Of a stretch of 64,000 bases of DNA, positions 1-9,819 are shown piece after piece. The translations under genes were made by a program, and so were the position numbers. Under the pieces are notes generated by a model, which saw only the letters and a list, made by a program, of their open reading frames with translations, was not told the DNA's origin and ran no database searches. Source of the DNA: Nitratidesulfovibrio sp. (GTDB taxonomy: Bacteria > Desulfobacterota > Desulfovibrionia > Desulfovibrionales > Desulfovibrionaceae); the NCBI RefSeq assembly GCF_040373385.1, contig NZ_JBDXXH010000001.1, positions 9,191 through 73,190 of the forward strand, written 5' to 3'. Numbering within the stretch: the first letter of the stretch is position 1; each line of letters begins with the position of its first letter.

Positions 1-899
1 TCGTGGGTGGCCTGGTGGACGATCTGCGCTTCCTTGCGCTTCAGCTCGCTGACGTCGAGGAAGGTGCCCACCACGCCCGCGCGCTGGCCGGTGCGGTCGC
101 GGAAATAGCTTTTGTACAGCACCAGCACGCGATCCTCGCCGGCGGCATCGCGCAGGTCGATCATGCACGAGTAGCCGGCACCGTCTTCGTCCTCGGGCGA
201 GGGGAGGCTGCCCGTGGTTTCATCCACCAGGCAGGCCAGTTCCTGCGGCAGGATTTCGGTCACCGAACGGCCCACGATGTCTTCGGGCTTGCGGCCGATC
301 AGGCGGCTGAAGGCGCGGTTGCAGCCGATGTAGGTGCCTTCCAGTGTCTTGTAGAACACCGGGTTGGGCATGCTTTCCACAAGCGCTTCAAGAAATTGGT
401 TTTTCTCTTGCAGTAGCGCCTGGTATTCCACCAGGCGCTCGTTGGTTTCGCGCAGTTCGCGGGTGCGCTCCTGCACCTCCAGTTCGAGGTGCTCGCGGTA
501 GCGCTTGCGTTCCTCCAGCAGGCGGGCGCGCTCCAGCGCCTTGTTCACGGCGTGTTCCAGCACGCGCATGTCGGTGACCGGCTTGGTCACGTAGTCCCAC
601 GCTCCGTGGCGCAACGCCTCCACCGCCTCTTCCAGCACGCCCACGCCCGACACCACGATGACGGGCACCTCGGGCGCGTCCTCGCGCAGGCGCTCCAGCA
701 CTTCCATGCCGCCCATGACGGGCATGCGCAGGTCCACCAGTACGAGGTCGGGCGCGTGTTCGGCAAACGCCTCTAGCCCGCGGCGGCCGTTTTCCGCCTC
801 GATCACGTCAAAGCCGCTGTCTTCGAGGTAGGCGACCAGGTTCGAGCGGACGTTGACATCGTCGTCGATGGTCAGGATGCGGGGGGGGCGCTGGAGCAT
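1..899 (-). CDS. Response regulator with CheY-like receiver plus PAS-like domain (partial; C-terminal part runs off the window)
   Basis: Reverse translation from ATG at 899-897 gives MLQRPPRILTIDDDVNVRSNLVAYLEDSGFDVIEAENG..DLVLVDLRMPVMGGMEVL..PVIVVSG..WDYVTKP (receiver). A coiled-coil linker follows, then MPNPVFYKTLEGTYIGCNRAFSRLIGRKPEDIVGRSV (PAS-like). The frame stays open to position 1. It is absent from the ORF track because there is no stop in the window. Confidence 0.85.
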   Translation of the reverse strand, partial: MLQRPPRILTIDDDVNVRSNLVAYLEDSGFDVIEAENGRRGLEAFAEHAPDLVLVDLRMPVMGGMEVLERLREDAPEVPVIVVSGVGVLEEAVEALRHGAWDYVTKPVTDMRVLEHAVNKALERARLLEERKRYREHLELEVQERTRELRETNERLVEYQALLQEKNQFLEALVESMPNPVFYKTLEGTYIGCNRAFSRLIGRKPEDIVGRSVTEILPQELACLVDETTGSLPSPEDEDGAGYSCMIDLRDAAGEDRVLVLYKSYFRDRTGQRAGVVGTFLDVSELKRKEAQIVHQATH

Positions 900-1366
900 G
901 GGGCGGCTTTTTCCTGTGGCTTGCGCTGATGTGGTTGGCGATATGTTTCATTCCAGATTGCCAAGCAGCGGGGAATTTATCCACAAAAAAATGGCCGCTG
1001 CACGGCGGTGGCATGACGGCCCGATGGAGATACGGCCTTGCGGGACAAGGGCGTGGCCTGCGGATGCAGGTTTGTGACCGCATGCAGATGGCGCGGGGCC
1101 GGGCAGAGGTGTGCGGACGGCGTTTCCGCGCCTGCCCGTTCATGCACGGAGCCGTGGCGGCAACGTGCCCGGCGAGGCAGGGGGGCGGAGGCCAGCTCAG
1201 GGCCAGCTCAGGGCCAGACAGGGGCAGGTCGCTGGCCAGTGGTCCTGCGCGGGCAGCCGGACGGGCGGACACGGCGGACGCGAACGGAGACCCCACACCG
1301 GCGACGGCGGACAGCTGCCGCGGGCTGGTGGCTGCGAGTGGACGGCAGCGGTGACGGTGGGGGCGA

Positions 1367-2020
1367 TCAGTCGCGGGCGCGGTCGGCCACAATGTCGATG
1401 TCGGCGTGGCGCTGCATCAGGTGGCGGCGCAGGGCGCGCGCGTCGTCGAAGTCGCGGAAGGGCCCCACGCAGACCATCCAGCGCTTGCGACCGTTTTCCG
1501 TGCGCGTACGGACGCGCGCGGCGGCTTCGCCCTCGCGTTCAAGCTTGCGGACCAGCCGTTCGGCTTCGGCCTTGCTGGCGTACGACCTGATGCGGACGAA
1601 ATAGGCGCTGTCGGGGTCCAGGGGGCGGCCCTTGGCATCGCCCAGCACCTCGATGCGCACGGCGGCGCTGCCCGGCCTGACAATGCCCAGTTGCTTCGCG
1701 GCGGAGTAGGAGACGTCGATGTCGCGGTTGCCGCGATAGGGCCCCCGGTCGTTCACCGTGACCAGCACGGAGCGGCCGTTGGAAAGGTTGGTCACGCGGA
1801 CCACGGTGCCAAGGGGCAGGGTCTTGTGCGCGGCCGTCAGGGCGTTCATGTCATAGGCTTCGCCGCTGGCGGTCTTCTTGCCGTGCAGGTCGTCGCCGTA
1901 CCATGAGGCGCGCCCGCGCTTGGCGGGTGCCTCGCTGGCCGCTGCGGGCAGCGAGGCGGCCAGCAGCGCGCAGAACATCAGGATGGTCGTCAGGTATCGT
2001 AGGGGGTGGCGTCGGGTCAT
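1367..2020 (-). CDS. rlpA: Septal ring lytic transglycosylase RlpA family protein (DPBB + SPOR domains)
   Basis: ORF 1367..2191 trimmed to ATG 2020, which is preceded by CAGGAGG. Signal-like N-terminus MTRRHPLRYLTTILMFCALLAASLPAAA. DPBB core SWYGDDLHGKKTASGEAYDMNALTAAHKTLPLGTVVRVTNLSNGRSVLVTVNDRGP. SPOR-like C-terminus. Confidence 0.85.
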   Translation of the reverse strand: MTRRHPLRYLTTILMFCALLAASLPAAASEAPAKRGRASWYGDDLHGKKTASGEAYDMNALTAAHKTLPLGTVVRVTNLSNGRSVLVTVNDRGPYRGNRDIDVSYSAAKQLGIVRPGSAAVRIEVLGDAKGRPLDPDSAYFVRIRSYASKAEAERLVRKLEREGEAAARVRTRTENGRKRWMVCVGPFRDFDDARALRRHLMQRHADIDIVADRARD

Positions 2021-2366
2021 GGGCCTCCTGCGGTTGCGTGCCACGGAAGGTCGTGGCGGGTCGTGTCCTGCCCGGCGCAAGGACACGGCTCTGGGGCAAC
2101 GTTCGGTATGTCCCGTCGTGCAACGGGCTGCCGGGCAAACCCTGGGGGTAGCACCTCGACAGTACCATGTTTTTCCCGTATATCGCCGCACGTGTCAACG
2201 TGCCGCAATCCCGGCACGTTACGGGGCAATACTGTGGTAACATGCTGTCGCGCCACAGTGCGGGTGAGCTGTGTTGCTGCGTTATTTTCTGTCATCCTTC
2301 CCGCGACGTGCCCCGCGCATCGTGCGCCCGCGCCGCCGCGCCTTTTCCTGCACGCGGGAGTCGTTC

Positions 2367-3245
2367 ATGCTGCTGTATGCCAAGCTGATGCTGGCCACCG
2401 TGTTCTGGGGTGGCACCTTTGTTGCCGGGCGCATCGCCGCCGCCCATGCCGGACCCTTTTCCGCCGCCTTTCTGCGCTTTGCCATGGCCACGGGCCTGCT
2501 GTTCTGGTATGTGCGCCGCCGCGAGGGGGCGTTGCCCCGCCTGACCTCGCTCGGCATGCACGGCTGGACCGGGGTGCTGCTGCTGGGGGCCACCGGGGTG
2601 TTTGCCTACAACGCCCTGTTCTTTACCGGGCTTGCCACCGTACCCGCCAGCCGGGCGGCGGTGATCGTCACCAACAACCCCATCGCCATCGCCGTGGGCG
2701 CGGCGCTGTTTCTGGGCGAGCCGCTGTCGCGCCGCAAGCTGGCGGGCATCCTGCTGTCCGTGGGCGGCGCGGTCATCGCCATCACCCGTGGCAACCCGCT
2801 GACGCTGTTCTCGTCGGCCCTGTCGTGGGGCGATGTGGCGCTGCTGGGCTGCCTGGCCAGTTGGGCCGCGTATTCCCTGTTGGGCAAGGTGGTCATGCGC
2901 GCACTGTCGCCGCTGGCGGCGGTGACCTGGTCGTGTGCGGTGGGCACGGTGATGCTGCTGCCCTTCGCCCTGTATGAAGGGCTGTGGGCGGCACTGCCGA
3001 GGTACCCGGTGGGGCTGTGGGTGGCTGCGGCCTATCTTGGCGTGTTCGGCACCGTGCTGGGATTCACCTGGTTCTACGAGGCGGTGAAGGAGATAGGCGC
3101 GGGACGGGCCGGGGTGTTCATCAATTTCGTGCCACTGACGGCCATAGTGTGCGCCTGGGCCATGCTGGGCGAGGCGCTGCCCGTGTCGCTGCTGCTGGGG
3201 GCCGCGCTGGTGACGTGCGGGGTGTTCATTACGAACAGGGCGTAG
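2367..3245 (+). CDS. EamA/DMT-family transporter (10-TM permease)
   Basis: ORF 2271..3245 trimmed to ATG 2367 (GGGAG 7 nt upstream). Hydrophobic duplicated EamA-like pattern MLLYAKLMLATVFWGGTFVAGRIAA...; ends ..VTCGVFITNRA. Confidence 0.8.
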   Translation: MLLYAKLMLATVFWGGTFVAGRIAAAHAGPFSAAFLRFAMATGLLFWYVRRREGALPRLTSLGMHGWTGVLLLGATGVFAYNALFFTGLATVPASRAAVIVTNNPIAIAVGAALFLGEPLSRRKLAGILLSVGGAVIAITRGNPLTLFSSALSWGDVALLGCLASWAAYSLLGKVVMRALSPLAAVTWSCAVGTVMLLPFALYEGLWAALPRYPVGLWVAAAYLGVFGTVLGFTWFYEAVKEIGAGRAGVFINFVPLTAIVCAWAMLGEALPVSLLLGAALVTCGVFITNRA

Positions 3246-3280
3246 CGGTTAAGAGGGGTTGTGCCCTGTCGGGTGCGGTT

Positions 3281-3495
3281 TCTACGGAGACACGCCCCCC
3301 CTGTTGACCCCGCTCGATTTCGTTATGCCTCCGGCGGGCAAGGGGCCGCAGAGCGGCGGCCCCTTGCATCCCCGCGCTCCGGGGGCTCCGCCCCCTGGTC
3401 CCCCGACGTATCCTGCACCGCATTCCTGTGCCGGGCAGCTTCCCTCCGGCGCAGACGCCTCCGGGTGATCTGCCCGACGGAATGCGAATGTGCGC
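3281..3495. repeat. Left copy of a ~215-bp intergenic repeat element (inverted pair with 3856..4069)
   Basis: By eye about 85% identical to the reverse complement of 3856..4069. Shared blocks: cgatttcgttatgcctccggcgggca, ggggctccgcccc, gcaccgcattcctgtgccgggcagcttccctccggcgcagacgcctccgggtgatctgccc. Internal 11-bp-stem hairpin at 3339..3366. Confidence 0.85.
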
Positions 3496-3855
3496 AAAGC
3501 TCTCGTCGCTACGGCGTAGCGAGGGTGCCTTTCCCCTCGGTTCGCATACGGCGCACATCCGCGACGCCGGAGCTTCCGCCTCGCAAGGCCTCGGCGGCGA
3601 TCTCCGGCTGCGGCGCGCAACACCGCACAAGGTGCGTATGGGGTGGCGCATTGATCGAAAGGGAGGCCAACAAACAATGGTCGTTCGCTGCTTGCGCCAA
3701 CGCAGCAGGCCAAGCCTTGGGCATTGTCCGTCATCATGCTCAACGAAAAAGTGCCGCGCGTAGAAGCGTGTGACGCCGAGCCTTGGCGGCGGCACATGCG
3801 TCGCAACGAGGGCGTGGGCAAGGCGCCCAAGTGGGATAGAGGTAGCGGGAGATTC

Positions 3856-4069
3856 GCGCACATCGCATTCCGCCGGGCAGATCACCCGGAGGCGTCTGCG
3901 CCGGAGGGAAGCTGCCCGGCACAGGAATGCGGTGCGTGACGACTTGGGGTTCCAAGGGGCGGAGCCCCTGGAACGCGGGGGTGCAGGGGGTGTTCGTTAC
4001 AACACCTCCTGCCCGCCGGAGGCATAACGAAATCGGGCGTGGTCAAACGGGCTGGCGTGTCTTCGTAGA
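3856..4069. repeat. Right (inverted) copy of the ~215-bp intergenic repeat element
   Basis: Reverse complement aligns with 3281..3495 without indels. Internal hairpin at 3984..4011 sits at the equivalent position but has a different stem sequence. Confidence 0.85.
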
Positions 4070-4131
4070 GGCCGTGCCCATCACTGCGCTCCCTCTCCCA
4101 ATCCCCCTTATCGCCCCGCCCCGCGCACCCC

Positions 4132-4797
4132 TTACGGCACCAGCCGCAACACATCATCCTGCTTGCCGATGACCACCAGCGCATCCCCACGGTCCAGTGT
4201 TTCGTGCGCCTGCGGTACGAAGCGGTATTCCTTGCTGCCTAACGGTTTCACGGCCACCACCATGACCCCGTGGTCGTTGACCAGCTTCAGGTCCATCAGG
4301 GTGCGTCCGGCCCATTTGTCCACCACCAGTTCCTGCACCAGCACCCCGCCGCCCAGCGGCAGCAGGTCGAGCATGCCGGGGTTGGCCAGCCGGTGGGCCA
4401 CGTGGGTGGCCACGTCGTGTTCCGGCAGGATCACCAGGTCAACGCCGAGCCGCGTGAGCACCTTGCGGTGCTCGATGGAGGCCGCCTTGACCCCGATCTT
4501 GCGCGCGCCAAGCTCCTGAAGGTTCAGCACCACCAGGAGCGAGGTTTCCATGGAATCGCCCACGCTCACGAACACGATGTCGAGGTCCTGGAAGCGCAGT
4601 TGCTGCAATACCGCGATGTCTGCCGCGTTGGCCTGGTAGACCTGCGCCAGCACGTCCTGGGCAAGGCGCACGCGGCTCTCGCCGGTGTCCAGCCCCACCA
4701 CGGTATGGCCCATCTCGGTCAGGGTGCGGCCCAGTTGCAGGCCGAACTTGCCAAGGCCCACGATGCCGATTTCCAGTCTCTTCGCCACATTCACCAT
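4132..4797 (-). CDS. trkA: Trk/Ktr potassium uptake system, NAD-binding peripheral subunit
   Basis: 221-aa ORF. Rossmann motif EIGIVGLGKFGLQLGRTL, followed by an RCK_C-like C-terminus (..DKWAGRTLMDLKL..GDALVVIGKQDDV). Confidence 0.88.
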   Translation of the reverse strand: MVNVAKRLEIGIVGLGKFGLQLGRTLTEMGHTVVGLDTGESRVRLAQDVLAQVYQANAADIAVLQQLRFQDLDIVFVSVGDSMETSLLVVLNLQELGARKIGVKAASIEHRKVLTRLGVDLVILPEHDVATHVAHRLANPGMLDLLPLGGGVLVQELVVDKWAGRTLMDLKLVNDHGVMVVAVKPLGSKEYRFVPQAHETLDRGDALVVIGKQDDVLRLVP

Positions 4798-4833
4798 GGG
4801 GATGCTCCCGGATGCGTCGCCAGCAAGTGTGGG

Positions 4834-6198
4834 CTACCCGATGGGGTAGTCCACCTCGGGCCAGCGGAACTTGGGTTCGCTCTGCAAATGCTGCAAGGTG
4901 GCCAGCAGCCAGACGGGGCCGATACGCCCGATGAACATCAGCAGGGTTATCAAAATCTTGCCGGGCACGCTCAGGTGCGGGGTGACGCCGGTGGTCAGGC
5001 CCACGGTGCCGAAGGCGGAGACCACCTCGAACATCAGGTCCAGTTGCTGGAACCGGGCATGGGTGTGCGGGCTGATGCCGCCCTCGGTCAGGCTGAGCAG
5101 CATGGTGCCCACGGTGACAACGATGATGGCGAACAGGAACAGAGTCAGCGCCTTGGTCTGGGTGGGCGTGTCCACGGCGCGGCCCAGCAGCACGTTCTGT
5201 CGCCTGCCGCGCAACTGCATTTCCACGAACCCGGCCAGTACCCGAAAGCTGGTGGTCTTGATGCCGCCCGCGCACGACCCCGGTGAGCCGCCCACGAACA
5301 TCAGGCAGATCATCACCATCAGGGTGAAGTCGGTCAGCCGTGCGATGTCCAGAGTATTGAAGCCTGCCGTGCGGCAGGTGACGGACTGGAAGAAGGCGGG
5401 CAGCACCAGCCCGGTGGGGCTGAGCCCGGTGTAGTCGCTGAGGTATTCGGCCAGCCAGATCAGCGCGGCCCCGGCCACGATGAGAAAAGCGGTGGTAGTC
5501 AGCACCAGCCTGGTGTGACGACTGAGGGGGCGATAGGGCCTGCCGGAAAGTTTCGTCCGCGCGGCCCCCAGCAGTTCGTCGATGACCGAAAAGCCGATGC
5601 CCCCCACCACGATCAGGAACATGATCACCAGGTTGACCCCGGCGTGTTCCTGCCACGGCATCAGGTTGTCGGGCCGCAGGCCGAAGCCCGCGTTGCAGAA
5701 GGCCGACACGGCATGGAACAGCGCGCCGAACGCGCCCATGCCCTGCGGGGCAAAGATGTACAGCAGGCATGCCGCCGCCAGTTCGATGCACAGGATGGTG
5801 CGCACCAGCCGGTACAGGAATCGCCCCAGATGAAACGAGGGGTCGTGCATCAGGGCCTGGCCCACGGCCAGCCTGTCGGTAAGCGACACGCGCCGCCGCA
5901 GCAGGAACACCAGTAGGCTGGAATAGGTCATGATGCCAAGGCCGCCAAGCTGGATGAGCGCAAGGATGATCCATTGCCCGGCCAGGCTGAACGTGGTGCC
6001 CGTGTCCGCAACGGTCAGCCCGGTGACGCAGACGGCGGACGTTGCGGTGAACAGCGCATCCACGAAGGATATCCCGGCCTCGTCCGCCGAAGGGGCATGA
6101 CTGATGTCCAGGTACAGCAGCACGGCCCCGGCAAGTATGGTGGCCGCGAACGAGTACACCGGCAGGATGAGGGGCGAGAACAGGCGACGGCGGAGCAT
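4834..6198 (-). CDS. trkH: TrkH/KtrB-family potassium transporter membrane subunit
   Basis: ORF 4834..6393 trimmed to ATG 6198 ([22 protein letters not shown]..). Multi-TM protein with repeated pore-loop-like segments (..[13 protein letters not shown].., ..CNAGFGL.., ..RTAGFNT.., ..[10 protein letters not shown]..). Lies immediately upstream of trkA. Confidence 0.88.
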   Translation of the reverse strand: MLRRRLFSPLILPVYSFAATILAGAVLLYLDISHAPSADEAGISFVDALFTATSAVCVTGLTVADTGTTFSLAGQWIILALIQLGGLGIMTYSSLLVFLLRRRVSLTDRLAVGQALMHDPSFHLGRFLYRLVRTILCIELAAACLLYIFAPQGMGAFGALFHAVSAFCNAGFGLRPDNLMPWQEHAGVNLVIMFLIVVGGIGFSVIDELLGAARTKLSGRPYRPLSRHTRLVLTTTAFLIVAGAALIWLAEYLSDYTGLSPTGLVLPAFFQSVTCRTAGFNTLDIARLTDFTLMVMICLMFVGGSPGSCAGGIKTTSFRVLAGFVEMQLRGRRQNVLLGRAVDTPTQTKALTLFLFAIIVVTVGTMLLSLTEGGISPHTHARFQQLDLMFEVVSAFGTVGLTTGVTPHLSVPGKILITLLMFIGRIGPVWLLATLQHLQSEPKFRWPEVDYPIG

Positions 6199-6376
6199 TC
6201 CTGAAACTATCCCGGTTCGTTCGGCGCGGCAAGCAGGACGCGGCGCGGCTTGCAATGGATGCGCCGCTGCACTACGTTGCCCGGACGTGAGGACATGCAG
6301 TCGGCCTCGGGCAGACAACCTGCCGGGCGCGGCGTCCGTTCCCTTTACCGCACCGTCAACGACAAGCGAGGCATTC

Positions 6377-7696
6377 ATGGCCCTGTTCACCAAGGAAGAG
6401 GCGCTACGCTACCACTCCTGCGGCCACGCCGGGAAGGTCGAGGTGGTTCCCGTAAAGCCCTGCGCCACCCAGAAGCATCTTTCCATGGCCTACACCCCCG
6501 GCGTTGCCGAGGTGTGCCGTGCCATCCACGCAGACGTGTCGCTGGGCTACGACTACACCAACAAGGGCAACCTTGTGGCCGTGGTCAGCAACGGCACGGC
6601 GGTGCTGGGACTTGGCAACATCGGGCCGCTGGCGGGCAAGCCGGTGATGGAAGGCAAGGGCGTACTGTTCAAGATTTTCGCGGACGTGGATGTGTACGAC
6701 CTGTCCATCGACCAGAAAGACCCCAAGAAGATCATCGAATTCGTGAAGATGCTGGAACCCACCTTCGGCGGCATCAACCTTGAGGACATCAAGGCGCCGG
6801 AGTGCTTCGAGGTGGAACAGACGCTCATCGAACAGATGGACATTCCGGTGTTCCACGACGACCAGCACGGCACGGCCATCATTTCGGGCGCGGGGCTCAT
6901 CGCCGCGCTTGAGTTGACGAACCGCAAGCCAGAGGACGTCAAGCTGGTCATCAGCGGTGCGGGGGCTGCGGCCATCGCCTGCACCAGGTTTTTCGAATCG
7001 CTCGGCGTACAGCGCAAGAACGTGTTCATGTTCGATTCGCGCGGGCTCATCAACAAGGGCCGTACCGACCTGAACCCCCAGAAGCTGGAATTCGCGCAGG
7101 AACGGGACCACGGCAGCCTCGCCGAGGTCATGCGCGGGGCAGACTGCTTCCTGGGCCTTTCCGTGGGCGGCATGGTCACCCAGGACATGGTGCGCTCCAT
7201 GGCCCCGAACCCCATCATCTTCGCCTGCGCCAACCCCGACCCGGAAATCTCGTACGAAGACGCCAGGGCCGCCCGCGCCGACGTGGTCATGGCCACCGGG
7301 CGCTCCGACTACCCCAACCAGATCAACAACGTGCTGGGCTTTCCGTTCATCTTCCGGGGCGCCCTGGACACCCGCGCCAGCGCCATCAACGAGGAAATGA
7401 AGCTGGCCGCGGCCCGCGCCCTGGCCGCCCTTGCGCGCGAGCCCGTGCCCGCCGAGGTGTTGGCCGCCTATGGCATCTCGGAACTGGCGTTCGGGGTGGA
7501 CTACATCATCCCCAAGGCGCTGGACCCGCGCGTCATCGAATGGGTGGCCCCGGCCGTGGCCGAAGCCGCCATGCGCACCGGCGTGGCGCGCCGCCAACTG
7601 GACCTGGCCGCCTACAAGGTGGAACTGCGCGAGCGCATGCAGGCCGCGCGTGCCCGCATCGGGCAGTTTATTAATACCTACGGCTTGGATTTTTAG
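6377..7696 (+). CDS. NAD(P)-dependent malic enzyme (short, ~440-aa form without a PTA domain)
   Basis: ORF 6104..7696 trimmed to ATG 6377 ([13 protein letters not shown]..). Motifs: [73 protein letters not shown]. Confidence 0.9.
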   Translation: MALFTKEEALRYHSCGHAGKVEVVPVKPCATQKHLSMAYTPGVAEVCRAIHADVSLGYDYTNKGNLVAVVSNGTAVLGLGNIGPLAGKPVMEGKGVLFKIFADVDVYDLSIDQKDPKKIIEFVKMLEPTFGGINLEDIKAPECFEVEQTLIEQMDIPVFHDDQHGTAIISGAGLIAALELTNRKPEDVKLVISGAGAAAIACTRFFESLGVQRKNVFMFDSRGLINKGRTDLNPQKLEFAQERDHGSLAEVMRGADCFLGLSVGGMVTQDMVRSMAPNPIIFACANPDPEISYEDARAARADVVMATGRSDYPNQINNVLGFPFIFRGALDTRASAINEEMKLAAARALAALAREPVPAEVLAAYGISELAFGVDYIIPKALDPRVIEWVAPAVAEAAMRTGVARRQLDLAAYKVELRERMQAARARIGQFINTYGLDF

Positions 7697-7718
7697 TTGG
7701 GTACTGCAAACCGTCCTT

Positions 7719-7868
7719 TTGCCCGCTGGCGTCGTCAAACTTCGCCTGCCATGTCGGTCGAATACGATAAGAGTATGCGGTGCGGTCGCCATCCGTAAGG
7801 CTCGCAAGCTCGCCTAACGGCTGCCGCACTCCCTCATGGCAGGCTAGTTTTCCTCGCCAGCGAACAAA
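7719..7868. repeat. Intergenic repeat family, copy A (related to 13847..13946; sub-block shared with 9738..9761)
   Basis: Shares ttgcccgctggc[g/t]tcgtca, ggtcga[a/g]tacgataagagta, cactccct..cctcgccagcgaaca with copy B. Carries an extra ~55-bp insert containing ggctcgcaagctcgcctaacggc, which recurs at 9738..9761. Confidence 0.7.
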
Positions 7869-8058
7869 AATCCTGGTTTGCATGCGCCCGGTAACGCCAA
7901 GCGTGCTTGGGAGCGGGCATCGCATGCCTCTCCGGCCAAGACATGCTATGTTGGGCACCGGTGGCTTTTTGCCGCCGGTGCCGTTGCGTGGAAGCCCCCG
8001 GTGGTTTAATTTTCAAGAATTGCCATGTCGCCGGAGAGGCGCGTGATGGAGGTGTGAC

Positions 8059-9624
8059 GTGGACATTCGCTTTCAGGTGGGCGGTCCTGCCCAGTGGCGC
8101 GCGGATGCGGTGATCGTGTTCCTGTTCGAGGGCGACGCCCTTGCGGACGTGGTGCCGGAACTGCTGGAGGCAGCGCCGTGGCTGGGCATTGCCCCGGCGG
8201 TGCGCGATTTTCGGGGCAAGAAGGACGAGGTTGCCGTGTTCCACGGGCACCCGGCCCTGGCGGTGCCGCGTGTGATCGCGGCGGGCCTTGGCAAGCGCGA
8301 GGCGTTCGCGGCCACGGCCCCTGCCGGGCTGCGCGTGGCGGCGGGAGCGGCCCTGCGCCGCTGCCGCGAACTGAAGATCGAGACGGTGAGTATTGACGCG
8401 GTGGCCCTGGCCCGCGTGGCAGAGGCTGGCGATGCGGCCCCTGCATGGTCCCCCGTCGAGGAGGCCGTGTGCGGGGCGCTGCTGGGGCTGTACCGTTACG
8501 ATCGGTTCAAGACCAACGGTGCTGGCAACGGGGGCGGGAACGCCGGTTCCGAAAACGGTGAAGACGCCCGCTTCGAGCCGCGCTGGCTGGCCCTGTTGTG
8601 CGCCGAAGCCTCGGTGCCGGACGACCTGCACGCCGCCGCCCGCCGGGGCGAGGCAGCCGCCGCCGGGGTGGCCCTGGCGCGCGACCTTGTCAACGGTCCG
8701 CCCAACTTCGTCACCCCCGGCCATCTGGCCGAGCAGGCCGTGGCCATCGCCAGGAAGTACGGCATGCAGGCCCGCTCGCTGGGCCGCGCCGAACTGGTGG
8801 AGATGGGCATGGGGGCCTTTGCCTCGGTCTTCCGCGGCGCCGAGGAGGAACCCCGGCTGGTGGTCATCGAGCATGCTCCCAAGGGTACCGAGGACCAGAA
8901 GCCGCTGGTGTTCGTGGGCAAGGGCATCACCTTCGACACGGGCGGCATCAGCCTGAAGCCCGCCGCCAAGATGCACGAGATGAAGGGCGACATGGCGGGC
9001 GCGGCGGCCATCCTTGGCCTGTTCGAGGCGCTGGGTCGTTCCGACGTGCCCCGCCGGGTGGTGGGCATCATGCCCTGCACCGAGAACATGCCCGATGGCC
9101 GGGCCACCCGCCCCGGCGACATCGTGACCACCCTGTCCGGCAAGACGGTGGAGATACTCAACACCGACGCCGAAGGGCGGTTGGTGCTGTGCGACGCCCT
9201 GACCTGGGCGCAGCGCGAATACGCCCCCGAGGTGGTGGTGGACCTGGCCACTCTGACCGGGGCCTGCGTGGTGGCGCTGGGCATGGACGTGGCGGCGGTG
9301 TTCGCCAACGACGACGAACTGTCGGGGCGCATCCGTACCGTGGGCGATGTGGTGGGCGACCGCTTCTGGCCCCTGCCGCTGTGGGACATGTACTTCGAGA
9401 ACCTGAAGAGCGACGTGGCCGACATCGCCAACGTGGGCCCGCGCGAGGGCGGGGCCGTCAACGCGGCGCTGTTTCTGAAGCAGTTCGTGGACAAGGGCGT
9501 GCGCTGGGCGCATCTGGACATTGCCGGTCCGGCCTACACCGCCAAGAAAAGCTCCATCTGCCCCGGCGGCGGCACCGGCTTTGCGGTGCGCACGCTGCTG
9601 GAACTGGTGCGCGGCGGCGTGTAG
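8059..9624 (+). CDS. pepA: Leucyl aminopeptidase (M17 family)
   Basis: 521-aa ORF with GTG start. Motifs VGKGITFDTGGISLKP, MKGDMAGAAA, NTDAEGRLVLCD, DLATLTGA. Confidence 0.92.
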   Translation: MDIRFQVGGPAQWRADAVIVFLFEGDALADVVPELLEAAPWLGIAPAVRDFRGKKDEVAVFHGHPALAVPRVIAAGLGKREAFAATAPAGLRVAAGAALRRCRELKIETVSIDAVALARVAEAGDAAPAWSPVEEAVCGALLGLYRYDRFKTNGAGNGGGNAGSENGEDARFEPRWLALLCAEASVPDDLHAAARRGEAAAAGVALARDLVNGPPNFVTPGHLAEQAVAIARKYGMQARSLGRAELVEMGMGAFASVFRGAEEEPRLVVIEHAPKGTEDQKPLVFVGKGITFDTGGISLKPAAKMHEMKGDMAGAAAILGLFEALGRSDVPRRVVGIMPCTENMPDGRATRPGDIVTTLSGKTVEILNTDAEGRLVLCDALTWAQREYAPEVVVDLATLTGACVVALGMDVAAVFANDDELSGRIRTVGDVVGDRFWPLPLWDMYFENLKSDVADIANVGPREGGAVNAALFLKQFVDKGVRWAHLDIAGPAYTAKKSSICPGGGTGFAVRTLLELVRGGV

Positions 9625-9652
9625 CGCCGGACGCCGCATCCGAAAACGACCA

Positions 9653-9685
9653 GCGGGCCGCGAGGGGGAAACCTTTGCGGCCCGC
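9653..9685 (+). terminator. Stem-loop downstream of pepA (9-bp GC stem; no clear U-tract)
   Basis: gcgggccgc-N15-gcggcccgc, 28 nt after the pepA stop. Confidence 0.4.
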
Positions 9686-9819
9686 ATTCGTTGTGATGGG
9701 CTGGGCAGTTTGACCGTGTTGCGCACGATGTCCGTATGGCTCGCAGGCTCGCCCAACGGCCACGCTTCGCGCCCTTCGGGTCGAAGCCAAAGGGCGGAAA
9801 GACAATTTGGCAACTGTCC

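Noticed and set aside
3259-4190. Mirror-image ORFs in the two repeat arms (3259..3468 + and 3882..4190 -), both ending ..HSCAGQLPSGADASG.
   Set aside because: The similarity simply reflects the inverted DNA repeat. There is no SD and the peptides are Pro/Gly-rich. The most divergent segment coincides with a compensatory hairpin, pointing to nucleic-acid rather than protein-level constraint.
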